A stretch of DNA of 63,410 nt, counting the filler, from Octopus bimaculoides (lineage: Eukaryota): the NCBI RefSeq assembly GCF_001194135.2. It is 6 parts of 6 records of this genome, joined end to end, with 100 filler letters (N's around TTAATTAATTAA, not from the genome) between each part and the next. Parts side by side here need not be neighbours in the genome. Positions count along the whole stretch, not along the records: positions 35,684 to 49,866 come from NC_068991.1; positions 49,967 to 56,237 come from NW_026429464.1; 4 more parts are not named here. One strand, given 5' to 3'. Under the pieces are notes generated by a model. That model was not told the DNA's origin. It did no database searches and was given only the letters and a program-made list of their open reading frames with translations. Made by a program: the position numbers and the translations under genes. This document shows positions 39,054-51,977 of this stretch, in pieces. Each line of letters begins with the position of its first letter. The stretch's first letter is position 1.

Positions 39054-39433
39054 TCGTGGCACTCCGTCTGTTACGACGATGAGGGTTCCAGTTGATCCGA
39101 TCAACGGAACAGCCTGCTCGTGAAATTAACGTGCAAGTGGCTGAGCATTCCACAGACACGTGTACCCGTAACGTAGTTCTCGGGAAGATTCGGCATGACA
39201 CAGAGTGTGACAAAGCTGGCCCTTTGAAATACAGGTAAAACAGAAACAGGTAGAAAGAGTGAGAGGAAATTGTGGTGAAAGAGTACAGTAGGGTTCGCCA
39301 CCACCCCTTGACGAAGCCTCGTGGAGCTTTAGGTGTTTTCGCTCAATAAACACTCAACGCCCGGTCTGGGAATCGAAACCGCGATCCTACGACCGCGAGT
39401 CTGCTGCCCTAACCACTGAGCCATTGCACCTCC
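39054..39433 (-). mobile_element. tRNA-derived SINE
   Basis: Head GGAGGTGCAATGGCTCAGTGGTTAGGGCAGCAGACTCGCGGTCGTAGGATCGCGGTTTCGATTCCC with A and B boxes; highly similar to 59228-59603. Confidence 0.9.
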
Positions 39434-39450
39434 ACGCACATACACACACG

Positions 39451-39482
<32 letters not shown>

Positions 39483-39501
39483 CATTACATGTATGTATAT
39501 C

Positions 39502-39546
<45 letters not shown>

Positions 39547-39599
39547 TGCGTGAGTGTGCGTGCGCGTATGTGTGTGTACGTATGATATATATATAAATA

Positions 39600-39855
39600 A
39601 ATATGATAAATGCTCATGCCGAGAAAAATCATAAAGCCCATCGATGAACCTCTGTATGAGTACAAATCTTGTATATAAATGTACCGTAACACAAGGTTTA
39701 TACATCCTCTTTTGTTAACGATTATTCTTAATACTTTGCTGTATTACGCGCTCGTTTCTTTTTTGCATCTGTGATTTTATTATTGATCTTCTATGTAAAT
39801 GAAGATATATCCTTTAATTTATTGCTTTTCTTTCTCCGAAATGAGAAGATACATT
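39600..39855 (+). mobile_element. Fragment of the same PLE pseudo-LTR family
   Basis: Shares ATAAATGCTCAT...GATGAACCTCTGTAT with 45175-45240 and matches the reverse complement of 44530-44690. Confidence 0.7.
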
Positions 39856-39879
39856 GCGCAACTCCAACTCCAACTCCAA

Positions 39880-40845
39880 CTACTGTAGTTTCGCCAATGT
39901 CATTTTTGCAATGCGTGGTCTGGAGTTGTCTTGCAATAAAATAGGAGTGGATCTCTTGACTAATCTAGGCTGCTTTTTGTAAGTTTCTGCTTCATTTGGT
40001 CAAGTTGGTTGCAGTATACTTCGGCCGTGATTTATGTGCCAGGTTTAATGAAATCATAATGGATTACACCTGCGCCAGACCACCAAACTCACACCTTCAG
40101 TTTCTTTTGATGAATTTTGCTTTTTAGACTGTTTTGGTGGTTCGTCTTTGTCCAAACTTTGTGCTGAACGTTTATGGTTGTTGTATTGGATCCATTTCTC
40201 ATCACACGTTACAATTTGATTCAAAAATGATTCGTTTTTGTGACGAGAAAGTAGCATAATGGAAGGCTTCCAAACGTTGCTGTTTCTGATTTTCATTGAG
40301 ATCATGTGGAACCCACTTATCCAACTTTTTCACTTTACTGATTTGAACTAGGTGAGTTAATATTGTTTGCTTGCTAACACTAAACAACAACGATAATTCA
40401 CGTGCACTTTGAGATTGATCTGACTCGACAGTGGCTTTTAGTTCGTCATTATCCACCTTTGTTTCTGATCGACCGCGTTGCTCATTTGTGAGGTCAAAAT
40501 TACCACAAAGAAATTTTGCAGACCAATTTGATGCTATCTGCTGTATAATAACATTAGAATGAAATACTCCATTAATATTCCGAGCTGTCTGTGACGCTGT
40601 ATTTCCAAGGAATAACTCATATTTCAAATCTGTACGAATTTCCGACTTATTCATCTCTAAACAAAAATAGCAAAAAGCGATTTATAAATACTTTATAAAG
40701 CGCAAAATGAGTTAGAATAAAGAAATAGATTTGTCAGCTTTCTGACAAAAAACAAATTGTCAAAATATAATAATGGCACAAAATGAGAAGCTGTCAAAGT
40801 TTACCATATACCTTACTACAAATTTCATACTTGATGACTTAATAA
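39880..40845 (-). mobile_element. Mariner transposon, 3'-truncated and decayed
   Basis: N-terminal HTH (40202-40654), KWVPHDL, IVTCDEKWI, LLQDNSRP. One TIR-like end TATTAAGTCATC at about 40835-40846. Confidence 0.9.
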
Positions 40846-40848
40846 TAC

Positions 40849-40882
<34 letters not shown>

Positions 40883-41564
40883 NNNNNNNNNNNNNNNNNN
40901 NNNNNNNNNNNNNNNNNNNNNNNNNNNNNNNNNNNNNNNNNNNNNNNNNNNNNNNNNNNNNNNNNNNNNNNNNNNNNNNNNNNNNNNNNNNNNNNNNNNN
41001 NNNNNNNNNNNNNNNNNNNNNNNNNNNNNNNNNNNNNNNNNNNNNNNNNNNNNNNNNNNNNNNNNNNNNNNNNNNNNNNNNNNNNNNNNNNNNNNNNNNN
41101 AGTTAAGGAGTTTGACAATGAAAGGGAAATATAGACATTTCCCTTGGAAGGAAATTACTCTTGGGGAAATTTTCACAATTTTCACAAAAAAGATATATTT
41201 ATATATATAATGGTTGATGTCAAAAGAATTGAAATGGCAGTTGTTTTTATTGTTATTGTCGCCCCATCGGGTGGATGTTTAAAAAAAGTTGTAAATGTGA
41301 CAATTTTGTCTGTTATTCACTTGGTCTATATCACTTGGCTTATATCAAACCACATTGTGAATTTGTCCGGTTTTTTTTTTTTATATTTCATTATTTAGTT
41401 ACTGCTCCATATCAACTCTAATCGAGCAGACGTATAATCGAATATCTTCCAGTTAAGACAATCCAATGTTTTACTTAATGACACTGTATCAAACTACATT
41501 TATTTCCTTATCTGTATTGCTCCAGAACATATTTCGTGGTAGCTGGTTGTTCTATGTTGTAACC

Positions 41565-42287
41565 CATGACCGGTAAATTCCACTACGGTAAATTCCACTA
41601 ATAATCACTCAGCAAGCAATGTCCACGTCAATGCCCGAAAGGCAGTTAATTCAATGAAAAGTGAAGTAATGAGAACGGGCACAGTATCTTGACGAGAAGT
41701 AATAGCAACTGCTGTACAAAATCTCGATGAGGAAGCACAACCATTGTTGCAAACTATCCCTAGACTTTCACGTAACATACGTAACTGGAGGCAGCCTGCT
41801 TTAGGAATCCCAGCACTTCCAACTTGTCGTTCTATGTTTGAAATTCCTGATGCAGTAAAGTACTTAGAAAATGGGTCCTTGTTTTTGGTCTTTGACAGTA
41901 GCATTGATGACGAAAATTGTGCATATTCGACGTGAGGATTCGACAACAAAAAAAGTCTTATCAAATGATTGATACACAACTAAAGAAGCTAGTTGAGAAT
42001 TAGCAATCTGAAACGCTCTGCAATTTCACAGAAATATTGCACGCAATTTGTCATAAAAGAATTTTCTTCAAAATATATTAAACTTTATTTCATAACTTTA
42101 TTCTTATGTACTTGCCATCATTTCTATGTAAGTATATGAATAAAATGTGATCTAAAATGTATTCATATTACCGATAGTGAAATTTAACGTAGTGGAATTT
42201 AACGTAGTGGAATTTACCGTAGTGAAATTTACCTTAGTGGAATTTTACCTATAGTGAAATTTACCGTAGTGGAATTTACTTAGAACC
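41565..42287 (+). mobile_element. Non-autonomous Mutator-like (MULE) element with subterminal 15-bp tandem repeats
   Basis: GGTAAATTCCACTAC units at left, several inverted TAGTGGAATTTACCG units at right; 9-bp TSD-like GTTGTAACC/GTTGCAACC; internal fragment IPDAVKYLENGSLFLVFDS resembles a MULE transposase N-terminus. Confidence 0.6.
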
Positions 42288-43399
42288 GTTGCAACCTAGA
42301 ATGGTGTTTGCTATCATAAGCCTTGTATCAACTCAAGCCTGAAATTGAGTAAAAGGAAACTGAGTGAATGTCCTTTGCACTCGTTCTTAAAGAGTAGACT
42401 AAAATGTCATCTTTGTCTTTTACTTGCTTCAATTATTAGACTGTGGCAATTTTGATGCAGCACCTTCAAGCCATTTGTCAAGCGGTACTTATTTTAAAGT
42501 TTTTCTGCCAAACCATTAAGTTTCGGAGACGTAAACAAACCAAAGCCGGTTGTCAAACTCAAATACAAAGATACACTCACATTGATATAAACTTATATGA
42601 CGAGAATTGAGATGATATGCATCAGAATTCGAAATCACGTGATATGGATATATCTGCTAGTTCAGTAGGGAGCAAACTTCTTACCACGCAGTTACGCTTG
42701 CATCTATGTTGCTAAATTTAATACACTATTATTTGCCCATTGCATACCTTTCGCAGTATGTCTATAAATATAATTTATATTTATATTTATAAATTTTACA
42801 TTTGATATTTCATGTAACACTAATTTTCAAAAAGAAGCAGACTGGTTAAAACAGAGTGGAAGCAGTTTTCGAAATCCTCCAGCTTTTCATGAACCACGTT
42901 TTAAACGGCAGTTCCCTGGATATCTGAGAAGTTCGAATACTAGTCATCTTTGATAGCCAAGTGGTGATAAAGAATGGAGTTAACAGTAATAACAAGTGAC
43001 CAATAATAAGTCATCCCCCTATTCCCGTGTGTTTTTTGAATTCAAGTGTTCAGATATAACAGCGAAATTGTCACTCTTTCCTTTTTCTCTCTCGTTTATT
43101 CAGCAATGATGAGTATGTTACAAAAATATCAAATGTATGATAAATATCATTTATTTTATTTTTAAAGATAAATGCGTGTTGTAACGATTCCACCATTTTA
43201 CTAAATTAAGAAGAAAAAAAATATAAACGAGAAAAAGAGAAATGCGCATTGGACAATATCATCCCAGATACTTTTTTATTTGGAGGATCTGAAGAACAGT
43301 TCTAATGGCATTCACACGCCTTCTTCGACCGGTAAGATTGTAACAATTAACTTTTATCTTGAACATCCTAAGAATTAAGAAACTTCGAGAGTCATGAAA

Positions 43400-44360
43400 T
43401 GGTTTGCTTTTAACAGTAGCTCTCGAAGTAGATACAGCTATATATAATAGCGTGTAAATATTGGTGCTTAAAAAGTCCTTTGTTAAAAAACTAATAATTG
43501 CATCTTGAACCTTTGTAAGTAAACTCCTGCAGGGAGGAAACTCTACATAGGCGACATTCTGGGGAAGAAGGACTGGGCTTAGTGCTTAGGGTAGAGTTGT
43601 GTGATACAAAAAGACTGATGAGATGAAATGGCATCAGTTCAGCCAGTAACGAGATGCATAGAACATTGTATTAGCGATAGAAAAGACAGAGAAAGAAGAC
43701 AGCACCTGTGAGCCTGAGATTGGAGTATGTCTATGAGTGGCTTTCTGTCAATTAGTTAGTGGTGGAGTATTCTGATGCAATCTAGAGTATCTCTATGTAC
43801 AGTAGCAGCCCAGATGAGGGTACAATAGACGTAAGCTTTGTAGAGTACCGTTAAACTGTTGGAGTGACACATTTTTGAGCCAATCAGGGAAAAGCGGACC
43901 TAGCCGTGCTAACGATACGTTTACGCCAAGAGACATCCTCGATTATACAAGCGCCCAAAAGCCGGAGCAATATTCACGGCTCTTACTAAGTGTTGCTCAT
44001 AATTAAGGAAGATGTGATGGAGTGATATTTTTTAATTTACTTATGAGTAGGGTTTCTTTTTTTGTTGTTATTGCTGTTGAAAGAGATAAGATTGTCATAT
44101 CTAATTGGAGAATGCTTCCGGAATCTTTATTCAGAGAGTTAGTTTTGATTTAGTGTATGACTTCTGGATTGCGACTGGTTGATGCATGTTTAGGGAATGC
44201 TAAGAAAGAAAAAAAGGCTGTGTTATCTGCATAAGACTGATTGTTGTCAGATGTGAAGTACGTATTAAACGATTTCAGACTAACCGGTTTAGACTCCACT
44301 TTTTCGGATACCTTAATGACGATTGGGAGTAGTTATATTTGAAAATTCTGGCACGGCGAA
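43400..44360 (-). mobile_element. Highly decayed CR1/L2-like LINE RT remnant
   Basis: LLPIVIKVSEKV (about 44300-44340) and VLYKAYV..YCTLIWA (about 43810-43850) on the minus strand. Confidence 0.5.
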
Positions 44361-44364
44361 CTTC

Positions 44365-45060
44365 TCCTTAGATGGAAGATACGAGAATTTATTATTAATC
44401 CCGACAATTGTTTCGACACATCTGTCCCTCATTGGTGGGATACTTAACATCTGGTTCAGGAGCATCCGGCGGTGCAGATGTGTCTCATCGGATGATAACT
44501 AGATACAACTCGTTAAAATAACAGTTCCATAATGTATCTTATCATTTCGTAGAAAGAAAAGCAACAAATTAAAGGATATATCTTCATTTATATAGAAGAT
44601 CAATAATAAAATAACAGATGCAAAAAAGAAACGAACATGCAATACAGTGATAAAAGCATTAAGAATAACCGTTAACGGATATGGATGTATAATCGCCCTC
44701 GCGCAAGCTGCATGGTGCATGTACGCTAGCTCATAGAAGCACCCACGTAGATGTAAGCATACGCACACGTGTGGTTTGGTGCACACACGTTCACATAGCA
44801 AGTTAAATAGCTATTTGGTGTTTATAAGAATGCGAAGGTTAAAGCTGAACTTAATTCAACCATACCTTATAGTAAATTATGTTAACAGTTACTCAAAATC
44901 ATTCCTACTGCATTGTACGAAAGTACATTTATATGCATGTAGGTATCTTGAGAATCTTTCAGAAATTCTGTTAATGATCTTCTCATTGATCCCCAGAATA
45001 GACAGGGATTCCTCGAAGCAGAGTCGGCATCTCCTGGAAATGATATTATATGGTTTTGTG
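44365..45060 (-). mobile_element. Inverted partial copy of the same PLE 3' end/pseudo-LTR
   Basis: 44380-44690 is the reverse complement of about 45505-45715, and 44930-45050 of about 45385-45505. Confidence 0.8.
44398..44496 (-). ncRNA. Type I hammerhead ribozyme motif, CCGATGA core variant
   Basis: ATCAT CCGATGA GACACATCTG...CAGATGTGTC GAAA C AATT G TC^ GGGAT: 10-bp stem II, GUC cleavage triplet, one mismatch in stem I. Confidence 0.68.
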
Positions 45061-45174
45061 TACCTTACTATGGACCAAGTTATGTTAGATTTAATTTTAC
45101 TTTCTTTCAGTCGTTATACATAATCAGTAACAACATCGGAAAATGAAGTCAGAGCTGCCACATATACAAATAAA

Positions 45175-45740
45175 TATAAATGCTCATACAAAGAAAAATT
45201 AAAATGCCTATTGATGAACCTCTGTATATAAATGTACCGTGCAGACAAGGGGAGGGCCGTATGTTTACAATGAGCAAACGGCTAATTCATTTAAGAATCG
45301 TTATCGCAGCCATGTCGCCAGCTTCAAGAAAATCAATAAGAGACATTCAACATTGGCCCGATTTTATGAATAGTAAGTATAGCATATAATATCATTTACA
45401 GGAGATGCCGACTCTGCTCCGAGGAATTCCTGTCTATTCTGTGGGCCAATAAAATCAGTAATAGAATTTCTGAAAGACTCGCAAGATGCCTACATATATT
45501 TATACATCCATAACCGTAAACGGTTATTCTTAATACTTTTCTCTGCATGTTCGTTTCTTTTTTGCATCTGTCATTTTAACGAGTTATATCTATTTATCAC
45601 CCGAAGAGACACATCTGCACCGTCGGATTCTCCAGTTGTTTAGTTTCACACCCGTGAAGAATCGATGCTAGATGTGTCGAAACAATTGTTGTGATTAATA
45701 AAAATTCTCGTATCTCCTATCTTCCGTATTTCATTTACCA
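45175..45740 (+). mobile_element. 3' end of a third PLE family: decayed GIY-YIG C-terminus plus pseudo-LTR
   Basis: VYNEQTANSFKNRYRSHVASFKKINKRHSTLARFY (about 45260-45370) and RRCRLCSEEFLSIL (about 45400-45440) parallel the endonuclease of the 33928 ORF; followed by a hammerhead. Confidence 0.8.
45596..45695 (+). ncRNA. Type I hammerhead ribozyme motif, CCGAAGA core variant
   Basis: ATCAC CCGAAGA GACACATCT...AGATGTGTC GAAA C AATT G TT^ GTGAT: 5-bp stem I, 9-bp stem II, palindromic stem III. Confidence 0.7.
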
Positions 45741-45872
45741 TATATATAACAAACACTGTGAAAGTGTTCGTGCTTTACCAGTAAGCTACCAGGTATAAAT
45801 GAATTGGTTTATTATCTAATAACATATATATATNNNNNNNNNNNNNNNNNNNNNNNNNNTATATATGATAGC

Positions 45873-45953
<81 letters not shown>

Positions 45954-46079
45954 GAAGAAGAAAAAGGCCATCTCTTCAATTAATAAATACTGTCATGAGA
46001 TTTTATATGACTAGCAAGTCTTGCTCTTGACAAACAAACTCTACTGCAGGTCTTACAAATATTTTAAAGTAGAAAAGTG

Positions 46080-46330
46080 TCTGGGATTGTAGTTATGTCC
46101 TGTCGACGAAGTGCCCATTTCCAGATAGATTGTTAATTTTTCGAGCTTCAAATGGTTTACATCTATTGCAGATCATTTGTTTCCAAACCGATCGATCTTG
46201 AGTCATCTGCTCCCAGTCTTCGACTTTCACATTAAGAACCTTAAGGTTGCTTTTGACACCATCCCTGAAAAGTTTCTTAGGTTTATGTCTCGGACGTTTG
46301 CCATCCTCTCACACCGTCTCCGATGAATGG
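46080..46330 (-). mobile_element. RTE LINE 3' remnant
   Basis: DGKRPRHKPKK.FRDGVKSNLKVLNVKVEDWEQMTQDRSVWK on the minus strand. Confidence 0.7.
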
Positions 46331-46432
46331 ATATGATAAATATCCTGGAAACAGCTGTAAGACCTTTTATTTATAAATGTTCTAAAATATACACAGCCTT
46401 GGTTTTTTTTATCTCATTACGAAAAGTAAATC

Positions 46433-46482
<50 letters not shown>

Positions 46483-47350
46483 TTAGACATTTCTAGACGA
46501 ATAACTCGGTGTAGAACTCAATATATAAATGTTTCAGAACTTATGAACTTCATTAGCTTACAGGTATTTCTGTAATAAGATGCAGTGGACTCATATCGTT
46601 GAGTGTTTGAATAACATCTTATAGCTTCATCGGACTCTCATATATATATATATATCAGTATGTATGTATGTATGTATGAATGTCTGTCTGTCTGTCTGTC
46701 TGTATGTATGTATGTATGTATCTATGTATGTATGTATGTATGTATGTATGTATGTATGTATACGTATATTAAATGCTAGACAGGAAGATAACACTTTATG
46801 ATAGTTTGAAATGATAGGAAAAACTAGGAGCTCAAATATCTCCCAGATCATCTTCTCCCGCTTTGATATAGTAGGGAAAACCTTGGATAAGGTAGTCCTT
46901 CATATACTGTATCCGAACAAAGAAGAGGATGGTCAGGCTGCAACGTAATAGCTCATACGTGTGTTCGGTCTGGGCTGAATTGGGGTTAAACTGCTGCGGT
47001 TATTGGAGTTGCAAAGCTGCTAAAAATGAATAACTTAACAGAAGACTATTATTTGATTAGGAACAACACTCCTTGTTTAACGACCACTAATGTAACAATG
47101 CAACTTCGATTGAAATTAGTCAACCGGACGCACTGACATATAGTGTACGTCATTGGTATACATTTTTGCACGCACTCGCACGTACAAATGCACACGCACA
47201 CAACACACACACACACACATAACCTCACGAAAGTACATAGAAACACATTCACAAGCACACATACATGCATGCTTATAAACATACTTATACAACTATGTAT
47301 ATATATATACAAATACGTTTATAGATATATAAATAAATACATATTTATAA

Positions 47351-47385
<35 letters not shown>

Positions 47386-47390
47386 CATAT

Positions 47391-47435
<45 letters not shown>

Positions 47436-47621
47436 NNNNNNNNNNNNNNNNNNNNNNNNNNNNNNNNNNNNNNNNNNNNNNNNNNNNNNNNNNNNNNNNN
47501 NNNNNNNNNNNNNNNNNNNNNNNNNNNNNNNNNNNNNNNNNNNNNNNNNNNNNNNNNNNNNNNNNNNNNNNNNNNNNNNNNNNNNNNNNNNNNNNNNNNN
47601 NNNNNNNNNNNNNNNNNNNNN

Positions 47622-47660
<39 letters not shown>

Positions 47661-47663
<3 letters not shown>

Positions 47664-49187
47664 TACTATCCAAAAGTTTAATATTACCTGAACTTATTTT
47701 GAAAAAAACATCTACAAAATGGAAATAACTGAGAAATTCTGGAGAAATTTTTTATTAATTATAGTTGGATTCATTGGATCACTCAATCAACTCACCAACT
47801 AAACAAAACTGTGAAAAATTAGAGGAAAACTCTAGATCTTAGACTCATCCAAATAACCGCCTTAGAGCTTGATCACAGCGTAGCATACTCTGGGCATTCT
47901 TTCGACCAATGGAAGCAAATATTTGCTGATAATATTTTACCACTCCTCTTGTAAGAGAGTCCAGAGGATTTCTGCAGAATTTGGTTGTCGCTTTTTGACC
48001 CTGCGATCCAATTCATTCCACAAAATTTCGATGGGATTGCAATCGGCGGATTGGGATGGCCATTCTATTACAGTCAACCATTTTTCATCCATTTTCTTCT
48101 GTAAATAGATTTTGCATAGCTTAGAAGCATAATCTAGGATCGTTATCTTGCATCAGCACGAAATTATCACCGATCAACCTTGTCCCAGATGGAATGGCAT
48201 GATGCAGAAGGATAGAGTGATACATGTTTAGGTTCAATATTCTTGTTACTCGATGAATTTCCTCAACACTACTGCCTGCAAAACACCACCAGATCATCAC
48301 ACTTCTTCCACCATGCTTTACTGTTGGAACTATACACTCAGGAGTCATCCATTCACTAATTCTTCACCCCACATATACTCTACGCCAGGATCCGAAGAGT
48401 TCAGACTTTGACTCATCAGTCCAGAGGTCTCGTTTCCATTGATCAGTGGCCCAGGTTTTATGTTTTCTGACCCATATGAGTTGCTTACGTTTATTCACAG
48501 GTCGAAGTAGTGGTTTCTTGGCAGCCCAACGGCCATTTAGACCGGTTGCAATAAGTCTTCGTCTCACGGTTGTAGGAGACACATTAGCTTCGCCCGCTTA
48601 CTTGTGCAGCGATTTCATTTGCTGTCGGGCGCCTGTTTCGAAGGCTGGTGATACCGATGTACTTGTCCAGTGATTTAGAAGTCACTTTTGGACTACCTGA
48701 CCAAGCTCTGTCATTATTCTTTCCTGTTCTATTATACCTTACAATGGCAGAGCAGGTGACAGTGTAGTCTTCAGAATGTAATGTGAAAATGCTTTGGCTC
48801 TTTTCAGGTGATGAGTCACTAGTTTTGCCCATATTTAGGTTTATTTTTAGGAATTTCACTAAATTTGCTTATTTTTCATAATTGAACTTAAAAAAAACAA
48901 TAACACATTTAACGCAGTCGTCAAGTGATGTTACCTCAACCGACAACTCATAAGGAGTGTAAATAATCAAAATGTATTGCAACTTTGTCAAAACGTGAAC
49001 GCTAAAATGATTTGACAACATTTCCATCAAGAAATATGGTTTAAATGAATATAAAATATGTATAAACAGTGTTTTTCCATATTGAATAAACCCCAAACTT
49101 TATGCAAAATGTTAGTCCATATTTTTATACCAAAAAATTATCTAAGTCGATGATTTTGAACTAAAACTTCCACTTTAAAACAGTAGT
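47661..49187 (-). mobile_element. Tc1-family transposon, full span but decayed
   Basis: MGKT, TVRRRL, WTDESK, PTVKHGG, MQDNDP and WPSQSADCNPIE motifs. Ends CACTACTATCCAAAAGT and (rc) TACTACTGTTTTAAAGT sit in TA-rich flanks. Confidence 0.9.
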
Positions 49188-49197
49188 ATATATATAT

Positions 49198-49315
<118 letters not shown>

Positions 49316-49723
49316 TTTATATCCAGTTAAAGGAAAAGAAGGAAATGGAGATTAAGAGGAAATGAATAATTATTTATTATTAACAAATTGGTCATCTTCG
49401 CTTCTTACACTTGTTTCAATTAATAATCAATAATTTAATTACAAATTTGTACATTAAATTTGCATTTATGTGACATGAGTATAATTTCATCAGAGAAAAA
49501 AGACTACTTTGAGATATTATAAACACAAGTTTATATTACAGTTCTTGTTTGGAACACTGTGATAGTTGTTCCAAATGAATTTATTTTCTCTCTCTCGCGG
49601 CGCTTTAAGAGCGTATTCTCCACAGCATCAAAATCGCAACTTGCCAGCAAACACTCCTGTAATATACAGGAAGTATATGTGGTTGATAATATTTGTTACA
49701 CTAGTGTTGCTTCTATTTGATAT

Positions 49724-49788
<65 letters not shown>

Positions 49789-50136
49789 TTAGCTAGAAAT
49801 AATCTTGATGGTGTTGCTAGTGATGTTTATGCTGGTGTTAACACACCGAGATTGGTGGAAGTCATANNNNNNNNNNNNNNNNNNNNNNNNNNNNNNNNNN
49901 NNNNNNNNNNTTAATTAATTAANNNNNNNNNNNNNNNNNNNNNNNNNNNNNNNNNNNNNNNNNNNNTATATATATATATATATATATTTGCACATATATG
50001 CATATATATGTATACACACACATATATGTGTGTGTATATCAGCACTCATGCACATATCCCTATCCCTCTCTTTGTATGTATATATGTATGTGTGTGTGTG
50101 TCTGCGTGCATGCGTGTGTATCTTTGTACCTATGTA

Positions 50137-50173
<37 letters not shown>

Positions 50174-50357
50174 ATATATGTATGCATGTATGTATGTACA
50201 CGTGCAGTGATACTCTTGCGTATCTATTGGTATGTGCCAAGAGGGCGTAGAGATAGATGCGTAGACAGATACTGTGTGTAAATGCGAACATGCTGGTGTG
50301 TGTGCAATGACTGCATATTTGCTTCTGCATTTGTAATGCTAATATATGTGCAAGATC

Positions 50358-50391
50358 TATCTATCTGTCAGTTTACCTCGATAGATAGATG

Positions 50392-50434
<43 letters not shown>

Positions 50435-50443
50435 GGATAGATG

Positions 50444-50484
<41 letters not shown>

Positions 50485-50522
50485 GTGGACAGATAGATAG
50501 ATAGATGGATAGATAGACAGAC

Positions 50523-50581
<59 letters not shown>
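50358..50581. repeat. (TAGA)n microsatellite running into a gap
   Basis: Direct reading; similar arrays at 1288-1323 and 11819-11880. Confidence 0.95.
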
Positions 50582-51273
50582 NNNNNNNNNNNNNNNNNNN
50601 NNNNNNNNNNNNNNNNNNNNNNNNNNNNNNNNNNNNNNNNNNNNNNNNNNNNNNNNNNNNNNNNNNNNNNNNNNNNNNNNNNNNNNNNNNNNNNNNNNNN
50701 NNNNNNNNNNNNNNNNNNNNNNNNNNNNNNNNNNNNNNNNNNNNNNNNNNNNNNNNNNNNNNNNNNNNNNNNNNNNNNNNNNNNNNNNNNNNNNNNNNNN
50801 NNNNNNNNNNNNNNNNNNNNNNNNNNNNNNNNNNNNNNNNNNNNNNNNNNNNNNNNNNNNNNNNNNNNNNNNNNNNNNNNNNNNNNNNNNNNNNNNNNNN
50901 NNNNNNNNNNNNNNNNNNNNNNNNNNNNNNNNNNNNNNNNNNNNNNNNNNNNNNNNNNNNNNNNNNNNNNNNNNNNNNNNNNNNNNNNNNNNNNNNNNNN
51001 NNNNNNNNNNNNNNNNNNNNNNNNNNNNNNNNNNNNNNNNNNNNNNNNNNNNNNNNNNNNNNNNNNNNNNNNNNNNNNNNNNNNNNNNNNNNNNNNNNNN
51101 NNNNNNNNNNNNNNNNNNNNNNNNNNNNNNNNNNNNNNNNNNNNNNNNNNNNNNNNNNNNNNNNNNNNNNNNNNNGGTACCGTGGGAAATATTACCATAA
51201 TGTGAGGGGCAAGATTCTCCATATTTAAACAAAGACCTGTGTAAAACATTTGAGCAAGAAATTTAACCTTTTG

Positions 51274-51977
51274 GGGATCTTTCTGATTTGGCGGGCGCCA
51301 CTTGTTTTCTTAACGAAACACTTTCAAACTTGGGACACTGGTAGAATGTGTCATATAAAACATCTTTTACTCTTAGTGTTATTGAGAAAATTTTATCTTT
51401 TTAAAGTTATTTTGTGTTAAAATTGTCGTATTTCAGTAATTTCAACCAATCGCTGACGTCTATTGAGGTGAAAACAATTACTGCTGTGGAATGTAAACAA
51501 TACGTTCTAGCGGTGTCATAGGATCTTTTCCCTTGAATAAAATTACTGCCGTTGTTTGTCCACAACAACTATCGGCGGTACTGTTATTTATGACATCGTT
51601 CGAGCTTTAGGGTTTTAGGGTTAGGGTTCAGGTTTTAGAGTTAGGGTTAGGGTTTGGCAAAAATACTCATAACCGCCGATAGTTGTTGTTGACAAACAAC
51701 GGCACTAATTTTATTCAAGGGAAAAGATCCCATTACACCGCTAGAACGTGTTGTTTACATTCCACGGCAGTAATTGTTTTCACCTCAATAGACATCAGTG
51801 ATTGGTTGAAATTACCGAAATACGACAACTTTTAACATGAAATAACTTCGAATATAAAAATTTTTCTCTGTTCTATAAGACAAAATATACAAGTATACGA
51901 AGTTTTAAAGTGTTTCGATAGAAAACACTAAATAAAACATAAATAAAAAGTGGCGCCCGCCAAATCAGAAAGATCTC
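51274..51977. mobile_element. Fold-back MITE with arms of about 310 bp and a central degenerate TTAGGG array
   Basis: Arms begin G(G/A)GATCTTTCTGATTTGGCGGGCGCCAC; 51274-51580 pairs with 51674-51977; telomere-like repeats at 51607-51654. Confidence 0.85.

Noticed and set aside
39370-39433. tRNA-like sequence as a functional tRNA gene (also 59540-59603)
   Set aside because: It is the head of a multi-copy SINE and lacks a proper acceptor stem.
43615-43640. CTGATGA-GAT-GAAA-TGGCA-TC minimal hammerhead-like string
   Set aside because: No stem I or II; better explained as an ACTGATG/CATCAGT inverted repeat in a decayed LINE.
51607-51654. TTAGGG repeats as a chromosome end or fusion scar
   Set aside because: Short, degenerate and centred in a symmetric fold-back element.
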